Below are positions 47,861 to 58,474 of a DNA stretch of 64,000 nt, in pieces. The notes beneath the pieces were generated by a model that was given only the letters and a program-made list of their open reading frames with translations, made no database searches and had not been told where the DNA came from. The translations under genes and the position numbers were made by a program. Every line of letters begins with the position of its first letter. Position 1 is the stretch's first letter. The DNA lies in IMG/VR virus record IMGVR_UViG_3300027734_000038. The stretch is one strand, 5' to 3'. The stretch comes from a virus.

Positions 47861-47869
47861 GAGATAGTA

Positions 47870-48052
47870 GTGACCAAGTTTGTTGGTAAGTTTAGAAAAA
47901 ACAAAGAGTATAATGATGATTACATTTATACTCACAGTAAACATCGTAATGAACACGCTGAGATTAAAAAATTATTAACTCAGCATGAAGAAGAATCGTT
48001 ATTGGAAGATACTGAAACATCAGAATCCGACAGTCGGTGGGAAAATAGTTAA
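47870..48052 (+). CDS. Hypothetical protein
   Basis: GTG start, GGAG RBS. Confidence 0.5.
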   Translation: MTKFVGKFRKNKEYNDDYIYTHSKHRNEHAEIKKLLTQHEEESLLEDTETSESDSRWENS

Positions 48053-48147
48053 TTTCACCTAATGAGAAATAATAAGAATACCACTAAATTCTGATTTTTT
48101 TATTATAAGTATTGGTGTCCGCTTTTGAAATAAGGCTTTGGTACTAC

Positions 48148-48200
48148 TGTTGTACCAAAACAACAAAAGACTTGACATTTCACATAAACTATCGTATAAT
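48148..48200 (+). promoter_or_regulatory. Promoter with TGTTGT-N6-ACAACA palindrome
   Basis: TGTTGTACCAAAACAACA, then TTGACA-N17-TATAAT. Confidence 0.8.
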
Positions 48201-48226
48201 GGTTTCTCCAAGTCGGAGATTACATT

Positions 48227-48571
48227 ATGATGATATACGGTTACATTCCAAAATCAAAAAAACGCAAAGTTCCAAAAACCGTGAAGTTACGTCACGAAGA
48301 ATGGTTAAAATCAATTTCCGAAATACCACGGATTTGCAATAAATCGATTTCCAAAACGGTAATTAAAACATTACCACTTCCAAAAATTCCTGCTGGTCGG
48401 GAAACTCCCCAATGTCTTTCCATTGATACAGGTTTTATACCTTGTACCAAGAAAACCCAACATTCATATACAGGCGAAAAGATGAGAGGTGTGGCAACAA
48501 TGCACAAGTCTAATGCTGTTCCTGTATTTACCGATAGTGAAGCAAAAGAAATTTCAAGTATGAGGAGATAA
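48227..48571 (+). CDS. Conserved basic T4-like hypothetical protein
   Basis: YTG....G.ATMHKSNAVPV....A.EI..MRR. Confidence 0.65.
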   Translation: MMIYGYIPKSKKRKVPKTVKLRHEEWLKSISEIPRICNKSISKTVIKTLPLPKIPAGRETPQCLSIDTGFIPCTKKTQHSYTGEKMRGVATMHKSNAVPVFTDSEAKEISSMRR

Positions 48572-48572
48572 G

Positions 48573-49092
48573 ATGGAAGCACCAAAAGGTTGGACAGTAG
48601 AAGATTGGCAAGATTATGAGGACTATTTCAATTCTTTGACTTGCCAAGAACAAGAAATTGAGTTAAAATCGATGAAAGCATTCGGTGAAGCAAAAGTGAG
48701 TGGTAAAAATGTAGTTGTTATAGACCAATATTATGAAATGTGAGAAATTATGTTAATGCAATGGGAAGAAACACAGATACATAGAGGTATCGATGAGATT
48801 ATGTTTAATATGCGACATATTCCAGCAGATGATGTAGCGTATTTTTTAGTAAAATTCAATCCAAAGCTTGCGGAAGAATTGGTAACATCGCTGGAACAAC
48901 AAATTTTCGATAAAAATGAAGGAAGTAAGCATGAATGAGCAAAATCAACCATTAATTTTTGATGCCCGAGCAGATGATGATGAAATTCCTGCTTGGAAAC
49001 GCTTGGATATTGTAACCCGTAAGTGGGCAACACTAACAGGAATGGAAAAAGACCTTTCCGACTACCAAAAACGCAAGGAATTGTATCAATAA
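48573..49092 (+). other. Three small coupled hypothetical ORFs (48573-48743, 48750-48938, 48931-49092)
   Basis: Consecutive ORFs with RBS-like sequences. Confidence 0.5.
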
Positions 49093-49099
49093 TCGCTGG

Positions 49100-49161
49100 T
49101 GTTGCTAGGAAACAACACTTCCGAACAAATTTCTTGACGGATTCTAGGATTCCTGTATAAT
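49100..49161 (+). promoter_or_regulatory. Promoter with palindrome variant
   Basis: TGTTGCTAGGAAACAACA, then TTGACG-N16-TATAAT. Confidence 0.75.
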
Positions 49162-49186
49162 GGTACTATATTAATACGGAGAAGCT

Positions 49187-51325
49187 ATGGAATTATTAGA
49201 ATCTAAATCACTACTAGCCAAATTGATGGCAACCGAAAACCTTGTTGTAGAACAACGCAAAGTTCATACCGCTATGTTTGATGTCAAAAATCGTATTTTG
49301 ACAATTCCCGTTTTAGATGAAAAAATCAATGGCCACACTTATGACCTTTTCGTTGGTCATGAAGTCGGTCATGCTCTCTATACTCCTATGGAAGGAATGC
49401 TCAAAGCACGAGCTGAAAAAGTAAACGCTTCCATTCTCAATGTTGTAGAAGATTCTCGCATTGAACGCAAAATCAAATCCAAATATCCTGGCCTCCGTAA
49501 TTCTTTTGTCAAAGCATACAGAGAATTATCAGACAAAGATTTCTTTGGCACAAAAGGAATCGACCTCAATGAGATGAATTTTATCGACCGTGTAAACTTA
49601 CATTGTAAGGGCGGTGCAATTCTTGGTATTAAATTTGATGCCGAAGAAAAGGCATTACTTAACGAAGTAGAAACTACACAGACTTATGAAGAGGTAATTG
49701 AAGTTACCAAACGTATTACTGAATTCATGAAACAAAAAGAAGAAGAACGCAAAGCAAATCAACCAGAAGAAGAATTTGATGAAGTTGATGAAGATGAAGA
49801 ATTTGATGGTTTTGGTAATTCAGATGACTTTGAGGACTTTGATGAAGAAAGCGAAGAACAAGATGATAAAGATGGACAATCTAGTCAGAGTGATTCAATC
49901 GAAGGCGAAGAAAAAAATGAAGATGATGAACTAATCAATGGTGATGACCGATTCAATTATGATGAAGTCGAAGATGATAAGGTTCGTTCTTTCACGGATG
50001 ATGCCTTCAAACAAAATGAGAAAAAACTCTTTGCTGAAAATGCGAAGAATTACCTCTATGCCAACATTCCAGAATTCGACACTAAAAAAGGTATTTTCAC
50101 TTATAAAGCTCTGTATAAAAAATATAGAGAACATATCAATGAATGGCCTTCAGAAGTTACCCGTTCTAGTAATGAAAAATATCAAAAACTCCGTAAAGAA
50201 ACAAATAAAGTGGTTTCTTACCTTGTCAAAGAATTTGAATTGCGTAAAAATGCCGACCAGTTAAAACGGGCTTCTACTGCCAAAACTGGCGACCTTGATA
50301 TGAAGAAGATTTTCTCTTATCAATTTAGTGAAGATATTTTCAAAAAGATTTCGGTTGTGCCGAATGGTAAATCACATGGTCTTGTAATGTTCCTTGACTG
50401 GTCTGGTTCTATGTCTGACCATATTGAGAATACTGTAAAACAATTACTCTCATTGGTAATGTTTTGCAAGAAAGTAAATATTCCTTATGAAGTATATGCT
50501 TTTGCAACACCAGAATCTCACGCATCACACGATTATACAATTACTCCTAAACATGGTGATTTACAAGCAAGAAATTTTTATCTGATGAATCTTTTATCAA
50601 GTAAAATGACTGCTGGTGAATTTACCTTTGCGGCCATTTCATTGGTTCGTTGGTCTGGAAGTCCTCGTTATATTCCACATTGGATGGGAATGGGTGGCAC
50701 ACCATTAAACGAAGCTACTATTGCTGCTATGGAAATTGTTCCTGAGTTTCAAAAATATTATAAATTGCAAATTGTAAATGCTGTATTTTTGACTGATGGT
50801 GAAGGACATACAATTCGTAGTAAATATGAATTTGATCCTGTATCTGGTAGAATGGGTTCTAAAGGTCACGAATATGTTTACGGTTCTAAGGCAGAAAATG
50901 GCATGATTATTCGTGACCCTAAAACCAAACATCAAGAAATTGTGGAGAATATATATGGTTGTGCTTCACACACATCTGCTTATGTTAAACTATTAAAATC
51001 TCGAACAAATTGTAATGTGCTTGGTTTCTATGTAATTTCTGGTCGTGAATTTAATCGTAAAATGTATGAATTCTATCCACGCTCGGTTGACTTTGAGAAA
51101 ATCAAAGTGACCTTTCGTAAGAACAAATTTGCGGTCATTGAAACTGCCGGTTTTGATGAGTATTATGTTCTCCGCTCTGAAGCCTTGAATACAGAAGAAG
51201 ATGCTGGTTTTGAAGTGCGAGAAAATGCCACTACTCGTGGACTTGTTTCGGCTTTCAGTAAGTATACTGGTGGTCGAGTTGCTAACCGTGTTGTTCTAAA
51301 CAGATTTATAGGAATGATATCATGA
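49187..51325 (+). CDS. Metallopeptidase-like + acidic linker + VWA domain protein (CobT-like)
   Basis: HEVGH, NVVED.RIE; MIDAS DWSGSM, GTPL, LTDG. Confidence 0.8.
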   Translation: MELLESKSLLAKLMATENLVVEQRKVHTAMFDVKNRILTIPVLDEKINGHTYDLFVGHEVGHALYTPMEGMLKARAEKVNASILNVVEDSRIERKIKSKYPGLRNSFVKAYRELSDKDFFGTKGIDLNEMNFIDRVNLHCKGGAILGIKFDAEEKALLNEVETTQTYEEVIEVTKRITEFMKQKEEERKANQPEEEFDEVDEDEEFDGFGNSDDFEDFDEESEEQDDKDGQSSQSDSIEGEEKNEDDELINGDDRFNYDEVEDDKVRSFTDDAFKQNEKKLFAENAKNYLYANIPEFDTKKGIFTYKALYKKYREHINEWPSEVTRSSNEKYQKLRKETNKVVSYLVKEFELRKNADQLKRASTAKTGDLDMKKIFSYQFSEDIFKKISVVPNGKSHGLVMFLDWSGSMSDHIENTVKQLLSLVMFCKKVNIPYEVYAFATPESHASHDYTITPKHGDLQARNFYLMNLLSSKMTAGEFTFAAISLVRWSGSPRYIPHWMGMGGTPLNEATIAAMEIVPEFQKYYKLQIVNAVFLTDGEGHTIRSKYEFDPVSGRMGSKGHEYVYGSKAENGMIIRDPKTKHQEIVENIYGCASHTSAYVKLLKSRTNCNVLGFYVISGREFNRKMYEFYPRSVDFEKIKVTFRKNKFAVIETAGFDEYYVLRSEALNTEEDAGFEVRENATTRGLVSAFSKYTGGRVANRVVLNRFIGMIS

Positions 51326-51990
51326 TTCAAGAAATTGTAACTTTTATGGGTGCCCAAGGACACCGTATTGCCGAAATTGGATTCCTTGCAACTTGTGTTG
51401 TAACACCATTTTACATTGTTGATTTTATTGATACTGTAACTGGTTCAAAATTAACTAAATTTTTTAATAATGAAGAAGAAGCCGAAGAAGCAGCCAAACT
51501 GTTTGCTTTCGATGGCATTTTAGAGGAAACAAAATGAAACCTGATTTAATTGTAGAGAATGGAAATAGAGTTGCTGATATTTTTAATCGTAAATCACATT
51601 ACACCATTGAACACTATGAGAATGGTGAATGGCGTATGGTGAGAACTGCGGTGACATTAGATGAAGCTAAGTTAATTGCTGAACAATATGTTGGTCCATC
51701 AACCCCTACACTATTGAACGAAAATGCGTGATATTATAGAAGCGGATGATTTCAATCCAAAGAAGATTTATGATGATATGATTAAACGAGCACAACAAGC
51801 AAAAGCTTGGTATGTGCATTGTTATATCGAAGAAGAATGGATGCCAAAAGGTGAAGCGATGCCTTTTGACCTTTCTATTAAAGATGGAGTATTTACTTGT
51901 CGTGTTGTTTGCACAACTTATACAGAAGCACAGACAATTGTGGCAAATGTTTTGCCTGTGATTAAATTTATTGAAGATCCAAATGAATGA
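51322..51990 (+). other. Three small hypothetical ORFs (51322-51537, 51534-51731, 51724-51990)
   Basis: Translationally coupled ORFs. Confidence 0.55.
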
Positions 51991-52252
51991 CCAAACAAGA
52001 GAAGCACTACTAATTTTACAAGAAGAATGTGCTGAAGTTACCCAAGCGATATCAAAAGTATTTCGTTTTGGATTAGATACACAATGGCCAGAAGGAGCTC
52101 CATCAAATAAATGGAAATTGGAAGAAGAAGTTGGTGACCTTTTGGCTATGGTTGATATTTTAATTGAAAACGGAACTTTATCCGATTCGTATATTAATCA
52201 GGCAAGAAAAAATAAAAGAACAAAATTAAAAACTTGGTCGAGTTTTAATTAA
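51983..52252 (+). CDS. MazG-like NTP pyrophosphohydrolase
   Basis: EECAEV.QAISK..RFG...LEEEVGDL. Confidence 0.75.
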   Translation: MNDQTREALLILQEECAEVTQAISKVFRFGLDTQWPEGAPSNKWKLEEEVGDLLAMVDILIENGTLSDSYINQARKNKRTKLKTWSSFN

Positions 52253-52374
52253 TGGATATTAGGGATTTATTACAACAACTGCGAAGGATTAGGTGTTGGA
52301 CTTTTGAAGGAACAATGGCAAGAAAATTGCTTACCGAATTAATTGACCATCTCCAAAAGCAAGTACCACAATAG

Positions 52375-52426
52375 TGTTGTACCAAAACAACAGCAGTATT
52401 GCCATCCTCCGTGGTTCGTGTATAAT
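52375..52426 (+). promoter_or_regulatory. Promoter with TGTTGT-N6-ACAACA palindrome
   Basis: TGTTGTACCAAAACAACA, then TTGCCA-N16-TATAAT. Confidence 0.75.
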
Positions 52427-52455
52427 GGTACCAACAATTGAGAAGGAGTTTTATT

Positions 52456-52608
52456 ATGGGTTTTTATAAAAGTATGGTAATTGACATTATTGATGATTAT
52501 GCTCGTGGCGAGAGCGAATTTGAATTGGCAAAAAAATATGATTTGCCTGTGGAGAAAATCCAAGATGTTATTGAACAATATTACAATTTTGCAGACGAGG
52601 CTGTATAA
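52456..52608 (+). CDS. 50-aa HTH protein (absent from ORF track)
   Basis: MGFYKSMVIDIIDDYARGESEFELAKKYDLPVEKIQDVIEQYYNFADEAV; AAGGAG RBS. Confidence 0.6.
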   Translation: MGFYKSMVIDIIDDYARGESEFELAKKYDLPVEKIQDVIEQYYNFADEAV

Positions 52609-52937
52609 TGACTAAAACTGGTGAAAAACTTTTAAAGATTCTTCCTCATATTGAAGAATATCAAAAACATTTAGAATCAAATTATGCTAGTTTTGGCCGT
52701 AGCTGTGAATTCAAAAATGATTTAGGATTTGCCACAGGTTTTGAAGCAGGATCCAAGTATATTAAAATATTTCATTTTTATAATAACGGTACAAGCAGCC
52801 AGAGGTCTTGCCATTCATTCGTAGATTATGAAGGCAATATTTGGAAAGCGGCTAGTTGGAAAGCACCAGCAAAAAACTTTCCTCGTGGTAATGTAATCAA
52901 TAAAGATTATGCCACAATCCGTTGGACTGGTTGTTAA
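52608..52937 (+). CDS. Hypothetical protein, paralog of 62373..62699
   Basis: G.KY, RS.HSF, G.I.K.ASWKAPA.N..RGN. Confidence 0.7.
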   Translation: MTKTGEKLLKILPHIEEYQKHLESNYASFGRSCEFKNDLGFATGFEAGSKYIKIFHFYNNGTSSQRSCHSFVDYEGNIWKAASWKAPAKNFPRGNVINKDYATIRWTGC

Positions 52938-52939
52938 TC

Positions 52940-53053
52940 TTATTTGTAGATTGACTGTGCTTCTTTGATTTTACCATTTCTGGCTAAATCAGCGGCATAC
53001 TTGGCTTCTGCCATGTCAAGTAAGAATGACCAAATTTGTTTGATGAGTTTCAT
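52940..53053 (-). CDS. 37-aa protein on the minus strand
   Basis: MKLIKQIWSFLLDMAEAKYAADLARNGKIKEAQSIYK*; AAGGAAG RBS. Confidence 0.55.
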   Translation of the reverse strand: MKLIKQIWSFLLDMAEAKYAADLARNGKIKEAQSIYK

Positions 53054-53213
53054 AATGCTTCCTTATTAGTGTTAATACTATTAGTGTTTATACTAATATA
53101 TATGTTGCGGTGCATTACAGTTTGATGACAATGGCATATATTTTTGAAAGTATTGACCGTGGTCAATTTTTGTAGTATAATTTGAATGTAGTATAACCTT
53201 ATGGAGATTTAAA

Positions 53214-53453
53214 GTGAAGAAGTATCTTTTGTTATTGCCCTTGTTATTATTGCCAGCTTGTGCCTCACAACCACCCCAAGTTTCAGGATATGAAAAAGTG
53301 GAAAAGATGGAACGCCGTGATGTCATTCGTGGTGTTACTGAATGTGAAGAAGCTGATATGAAACCTTATGTCGAGTATGTTACACAAACAACTGCTCACG
53401 GCAAGGTATTAGTACCTATCAATGTGCATTGTGATCCTGTTCGTAAGAAGTAA
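53214..53453 (+). CDS. Lipoprotein
   Basis: MKK + Leu-rich + LPAC lipobox; sigma70 promoter at 53153-53181. Confidence 0.65.
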   Translation: MKKYLLLLPLLLLPACASQPPQVSGYEKVEKMERRDVIRGVTECEEADMKPYVEYVTQTTAHGKVLVPINVHCDPVRKK

Positions 53454-53455
53454 TC

Positions 53456-54033
53456 ATGGACTATAATCAAATTCTAACCACCTTAGGAATCACTCAAGGT
53501 AGATTAGAAACCATTATCATCTTTACGGTGATTGCCATTGGTATAGGAATAATTGCCGTATTGTATTGGAAGTTTTTACTGGCTGGTTTCTTTGCCTTGA
53601 TTGTGATATTCATTTTCTCCCGCCACGAACCAGATATTGCCGTGGTGGCAAAATCATCTTCAACACCTATAATCGTTGAAGAACTGAATACACCACCTCC
53701 TGTGGTAGAAGTCAAACCCAATGTTAAACCTGTGGAATCTAAACAGATAAGTAAAGCAGAACAAGAGTTTATGGAAGATTGTTTATCTCTTGCTGACAAA
53801 AAATCTATTTGTGAGGATTTATGGAAACAACGAAATCATTAGCAGAAATCTTTAGTTTGACTTTAAGTGTAATCATACTCATTGGGTATATTACATATCA
53901 CTATCAACACCAGAGTAGTGTTGTGATTTATGATTGTTCGCTTGCAGAAATATCTCCCGATTATCCTGTAAGTGTGAAAGAAGAATGTAGAAAAGTGAAA
54001 AATGACAGAAGAACAAATCAAACATCTAAATGA
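53456..54033 (+). other. Two small membrane proteins (53456-53842, 53821-54033)
   Basis: N-terminal TM segments; C-terminal Cys pairs. Confidence 0.55.
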
Positions 54034-54610
54034 ACTGGTAGCAAAAACCACTAAACGAGCACCCTCATATGCCATGATGTTAAGTCATGTGGCAAATATT
54101 CAAAACCCACTTATTGTGGAAACTGGATGTGCCAGACAAGAGGACAACTTTGAAGGTGATGGAATGTCAACCGTCATCTTTGATACTCTGGTGGATTATC
54201 ATGGTGGCGAGTTCTATTCTGTAGATATTAATCCTGATAATGTAAAGTTTGCACAGAGTAATACCAAGAAGGCCAAAGTTTTCTGTGGTGATTCTGTGGC
54301 ATATCTGCATAATCAAAATAAGATGTGGGTAGAACAAGGTCGTAAGATTGACCTGCTTTACCTAGATTCTTTTGACTTTGACCTTAAAGAACCCCACCCA
54401 TCCTCATTACATCATATTTTAGAAATGGTTGCAATCTCTCCAAGTTTGGGACCTGGTACTATGATTTGTGTTGATGATAATTTTGTGGTAGAACAAAGTA
54501 ATACAGGTGAGAGATTTGAAATTGGTAAAGGTGGTTATGTAAAGCAATACATGGACGCTATCCATAAAGATAGAATTTTCAACGGTTATCAATGGATTTG
54601 GAAACTATGA
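54002..54610 (+). CDS. Class I SAM methyltransferase-like protein
   Basis: IVETG, SVDI, GDSV..L, IDLLYLDS, VDD. Confidence 0.75.
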   Translation: MTEEQIKHLNELVAKTTKRAPSYAMMLSHVANIQNPLIVETGCARQEDNFEGDGMSTVIFDTLVDYHGGEFYSVDINPDNVKFAQSNTKKAKVFCGDSVAYLHNQNKMWVEQGRKIDLLYLDSFDFDLKEPHPSSLHHILEMVAISPSLGPGTMICVDDNFVVEQSNTGERFEIGKGGYVKQYMDAIHKDRIFNGYQWIWKL

Positions 54611-56233
54611 CAACATTCACCAGCGAAGATAGAGAATGGGCTTATTGGGACAATTATGTTTGTCCCAAGTATACTCGACAGACAGAGATTCAATTCTTCT
54701 TTCCGCTGACTGAACAGATACCGTTAGGACTTGATTATACTGGTTGTGCAAAACTTAACGCCACAGAGTATACTAATGGTGATACTACAGGATTTGCATT
54801 TTATCCTACTGGCACATGGGAAGGTGTCGGTACTATCACACTCAAAGCAACAGAACTAACTATTGAAACACCGAATATGCCATGGTACAGAAAACTGGCA
54901 TTCAAACTACTTGGATTTAAATGGAAATAAACATGACTATATTAGGTTTTATTGGATTTATTATTACACTACTGATTATCGTGCCGGCCTCATTGGTTGC
55001 ACTTATTAAGGTATTCACCCATCCCGTCAGAGAAATCACCAATCTTTGGATATCTCTGGCAGATGTCATTCTTGATACTATCGAAACTATTAAAAGAGAA
55101 TTCAAAAAGTAATATTATGCGAAACACAAAAGACATGACAGCGAAACAGATGATCCTATTCCTATCTCTAACTGCTCTGATTTTGGCGGCGCTTTCCAGC
55201 GCTTCCGGCTTATTCGATTCCGAACCACCACCCACTATCTCCGTAGAGAAACTCAAAGCCATGGAATCTGGCCAAATCATCTGCCTTCCAGAATATCCTT
55301 CCTCAGAGCAACTGTGGCGTTGCGAAGATGCTTATGGTAATTCACACAATAACCTCATTATCAAAAAATCATTTATATGATTCTCCAATGATTCTCAATG
55401 GCAATCAAAAATAATAAAGAATACGATTGGGTGGAGGGAGACCGTTTAGGTAACTATCTCTATTACGAAGTTGGTACCGGTCGTATCATTGGTGAAGTAT
55501 CCCGTGTTGGTATGACTGGTACTAGAAGTCAGGCATCTTGCTATATCGATGTCAATAACCACATCTATCTCGGTAACTATATCGATGCCACATGGGCTAA
55601 ACTGGCCGTAGAGCGTAAACAACATTGGTTTGATAACAATATCGATAATGGTATTGAATACGACCCAATAACCTCTGTATGATACTGAATAAGAGGAACA
55701 TCCAATCTGCTCGATGGGACCACAGTAATAATAAGTGGTTAGTCGGTACAGAAGAATATCAATGGGTGGACATGAAGAACAAACCTATTTCTGCTTGGAT
55801 GAACTTTGATGATGCTCTGATATGGATACAAGAATATGACAATGGAAACTCCAATCAAAATACTGAAATACTACTGGAACGATAAACTGGTCTCTGAGGC
55901 GGAGTACCAGCAGTTGGATGAGGAATGGAAACAGAAGTGTATAAACGAAGAATCCACACAGGACCTTCCAGAAAAAAAATCTAGGAAATCGAAGAAGTGA
56001 AAAGACAAAAAGCACAAGGTGTAGGGTTACACCAGAATGATGTTACCAAGTCCCTTAATAGAGAGGCTTTCAAGAAAACTCTGTATACGGTTTCATTGAA
56101 TGACAAGTATAGAGAATACCAAAAGAAGTTAGTGGAAGGTGAAAGAATGATGACCTTTCTGGAATTTAAAGAATCCATTAAACCGGTCCGCAGAAAAAAA
56201 TTTCGAAACTCTAAATCTGGCTCCAGAAAATAA
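54607..56233 (+). other. Run of small hypothetical ORFs (54607-54930, 54921-55112, 55117-55380, 55398-55682, 55679-55885, 55997-56233)
   Basis: Coupled short ORFs, some with TM segments. Confidence 0.5.
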
Positions 56234-56279
56234 AAAATTGAAAAAAAGAGTTTGACCTGGTTTCACGTTTTTAGCTTAA

Positions 56280-56500
56280 CACTTTACTCCACCCCCTCCC
56301 CCCTTACACCATATAGTCGTTTTCAGAGCAGCCCTCCGAGCAGTACCAGGCAAGCGTCCTAGAGCAGTCACGAAGCAGTCCCCACACGGCTCCAGAGGCA
56401 TCCGCAGCCAGTATCCCACCCAATCCCCACACGGCTCCGGAGCTGGCTCCGCACCTCTCCGACCCTTGCCCCATCTCGGCGCCCATCGTGCCATTCTCTA
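56280..56500. repeat. GC-rich, C-skewed non-coding element with direct repeats; candidate replication origin
   Basis: TCCCCACACGGCTCC at 56379 and 56424; RAGCAG x4; C-runs at 56289-56303. Confidence 0.5.
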
Positions 56501-56577
56501 TATGCCATAATACTTGACCAAAATGCTAGAGTATTATCCTCAATATAATCAACCACTTAGAAGCGCAAAATTAACGG

Positions 56578-56698
56578 TTGACAATTCTACCAATTCCTGT
56601 ATACTCCAAGAGTAGAGAGATTTTCGCTCGGTGCTGTTGTTTCCATACAACACTTCCAGTGAAAATTTCAGAATTTTATTATTTGAAAGTATTATAAT
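56578..56698 (+). promoter_or_regulatory. Tandem early promoters with palindrome
   Basis: TTGACA-N16-TATACT at 56578; palindrome at 56635-56652; TATAAT at 56693. Confidence 0.65.
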
Positions 56699-56700
56699 AT

Positions 56701-57613
56701 ATGAATAACGATTTAAAAGCATTATCTAATATGAGTATCGCAGAATTAAAACAGTTATTATCATGCGTTAATCAAGATTTAAAAAGTATTAAAAAAGCAG
56801 AGAAAATCGCTGCTGAATATGTACCAAGTGAATATGATATATGCAATAGTATATCTAAAAGATTTACTAAAACAGTTATTATTGAGAATATCGAAAATAA
56901 AAAGATTAAACAAGATATTCAAATTCAAAAAGATATTCTCGATTATCTGAATAGCGGCAACCATATTATTACTGCTAAACCAAGAAAATCAAGAAAATAT
57001 AGTAATAAACCATTTGTAGTAGCATTATCTAATCAAGTATCACTTTAATATAAACTAAAAAGGAAATTATATGTTATTAATCGAAACCATCCAGTCCCTC
57101 TCATTATCTGATAAACGTGCTTTAGTTAAAACAATTAAAAGCATTATCTCTGAGGAAGTAAAAGACAAAAAGATAATGGCAGTATTTACTAAACAACAAA
57201 AAGAAAATGCTAAAAAGGCAAAAATACAAGCGCAGATTAATGCTGCCGCTGAAAAACTTGCTAAATTACAAGCAAAACTAGCATAATAGTGCTTATAATA
57301 ACCTTTGATATTACAGAGGTTATTAGTAAGTATTATTACCACTTATTATGAAAGAGAAAATATGATTATAGAAAAAACCCGTTATTATACCATTACACAA
57401 TCATTTGCGTCCCGTACCGAAAATGAATATGAAGTATATGATATTAACCAAAATCGTGCTGGTTATATTGTAGAGAATGCTGTAGATAATACATTTGAAG
57501 TATATCATAATGCTACTAGTGATTTTGAAGATTATACCAGTATTGACTATGCAGATAATTATAGTGATGCATTACAGATTATATTAAGAGAGTTAGAATA
57601 TGATATGAATTAA
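56701..57613 (+). other. Three AT-rich early ORFs (56701-57048, 57071-57286, 57362-57613)
   Basis: ORFs with RBS; the first two are basic and helical. Confidence 0.55.
57284..57338 (+). promoter_or_regulatory. Bulged-G RNA hairpin, copy 1
   Basis: 12 bp + bulged G + 12 bp, with G-U pairs. Confidence 0.6.
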
Positions 57614-57624
57614 TACCATTATCC

Positions 57625-57683
57625 CGATGATTTATAATAATGATTGTGCTCTGAGGTGCATAGTGATTATTAGTAAGTTATTG
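57625..57683 (+). promoter_or_regulatory. Bulged-G RNA hairpin, copy 2
   Basis: 10 bp + bulged G + 14/15 bp. Confidence 0.55.
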
Positions 57684-57853
57684 ATTATATTAGATATTAT
57701 TATTGTGGCATATTGAGATACTGCTCGGAATTTCTCTCAGGATTAACTAGGACGCTCTAGGATAATCAGAAACAGAAACTAAGACTCGAATGGTATACTA
57801 TATTTGCGACATAATCAACGACATTATTACTAATTATTATAAAGGAGTATTAT

Positions 57854-58000
57854 ATGAGTAAAAAGCACTATATTATCGTAGCAAAGTCACTAAATGACAA
57901 TAAAGCATCATTTCAATTATGTTCCGATTTAGCAGTCCAGTTTAAAAATGATAATCGGTTATTTGATATTAACCGTTTTCTAACAGCGTGTGGTCATTAA
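57854..58000 (+). CDS. 48-aa hypothetical protein (absent from ORF track)
   Basis: MSKKHY...DNRLFDINRFLTACGH; AAGGAG RBS. Confidence 0.6.
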   Translation: MSKKHYIIVAKSLNDNKASFQLCSDLAVQFKNDNRLFDINRFLTACGH

Positions 58001-58001
58001 T

Positions 58002-58307
58002 ATGAATATTGTGGAAGATAATGATTTAGATAATGCGGTATTATGCGATGAGGTATTATCTATCGCCAAATCGGTATTATCTGAAAAAGAATTTGATATT
58101 CTATTAGATTATACATTAACCAGTATAACCTTTAAAGCACTAGGTGGTGATTATGGAGTATCTGGTGAGCGTATTAAGCAGATTTATGATAAATCTATTC
58201 GGAAATTAAAGGGGTCATTATCTTATACTAAAATGGTATATAATAGGCACACTGGTCGTTATAATGAAGTGAATAAAAATATATTATTTGATAGGGAGTT
58301 TATATGA
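58002..58307 (+). CDS. Stand-alone sigma70 region-4 HTH protein
   Basis: LSEKEFDIL...TFKALG..YGVSGERIKQI..KSIRKLK. Confidence 0.75.
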   Translation: MNIVEDNDLDNAVLCDEVLSIAKSVLSEKEFDILLDYTLTSITFKALGGDYGVSGERIKQIYDKSIRKLKGSLSYTKMVYNRHTGRYNEVNKNILFDREFI

Positions 58308-58474
58308 GTTTATCTAATGCAGATATGGTAGCATTATTAGAAAAAGCACAGGAATTAATCGATACTGTTATTGGTGATTATACAGATGATAATGATATTG
58401 ATGATATGGATTCACCATTATCTTATCTTACTAATGCTTCTGGTGATATTCAGGACGCTATTAATCTGATAGAA

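Noticed and set aside
56326-56450. Possible mini-CRISPR array
   Set aside because: Only two 15-bp repeats, too short and too few; no cas genes in the window
56276-56556. Three overlapping minus-strand ORFs in the GC-rich island
   Set aside because: Open frames are expected in GC-rich repeats; composition is unlike the rest of the genome and no RBS is evident
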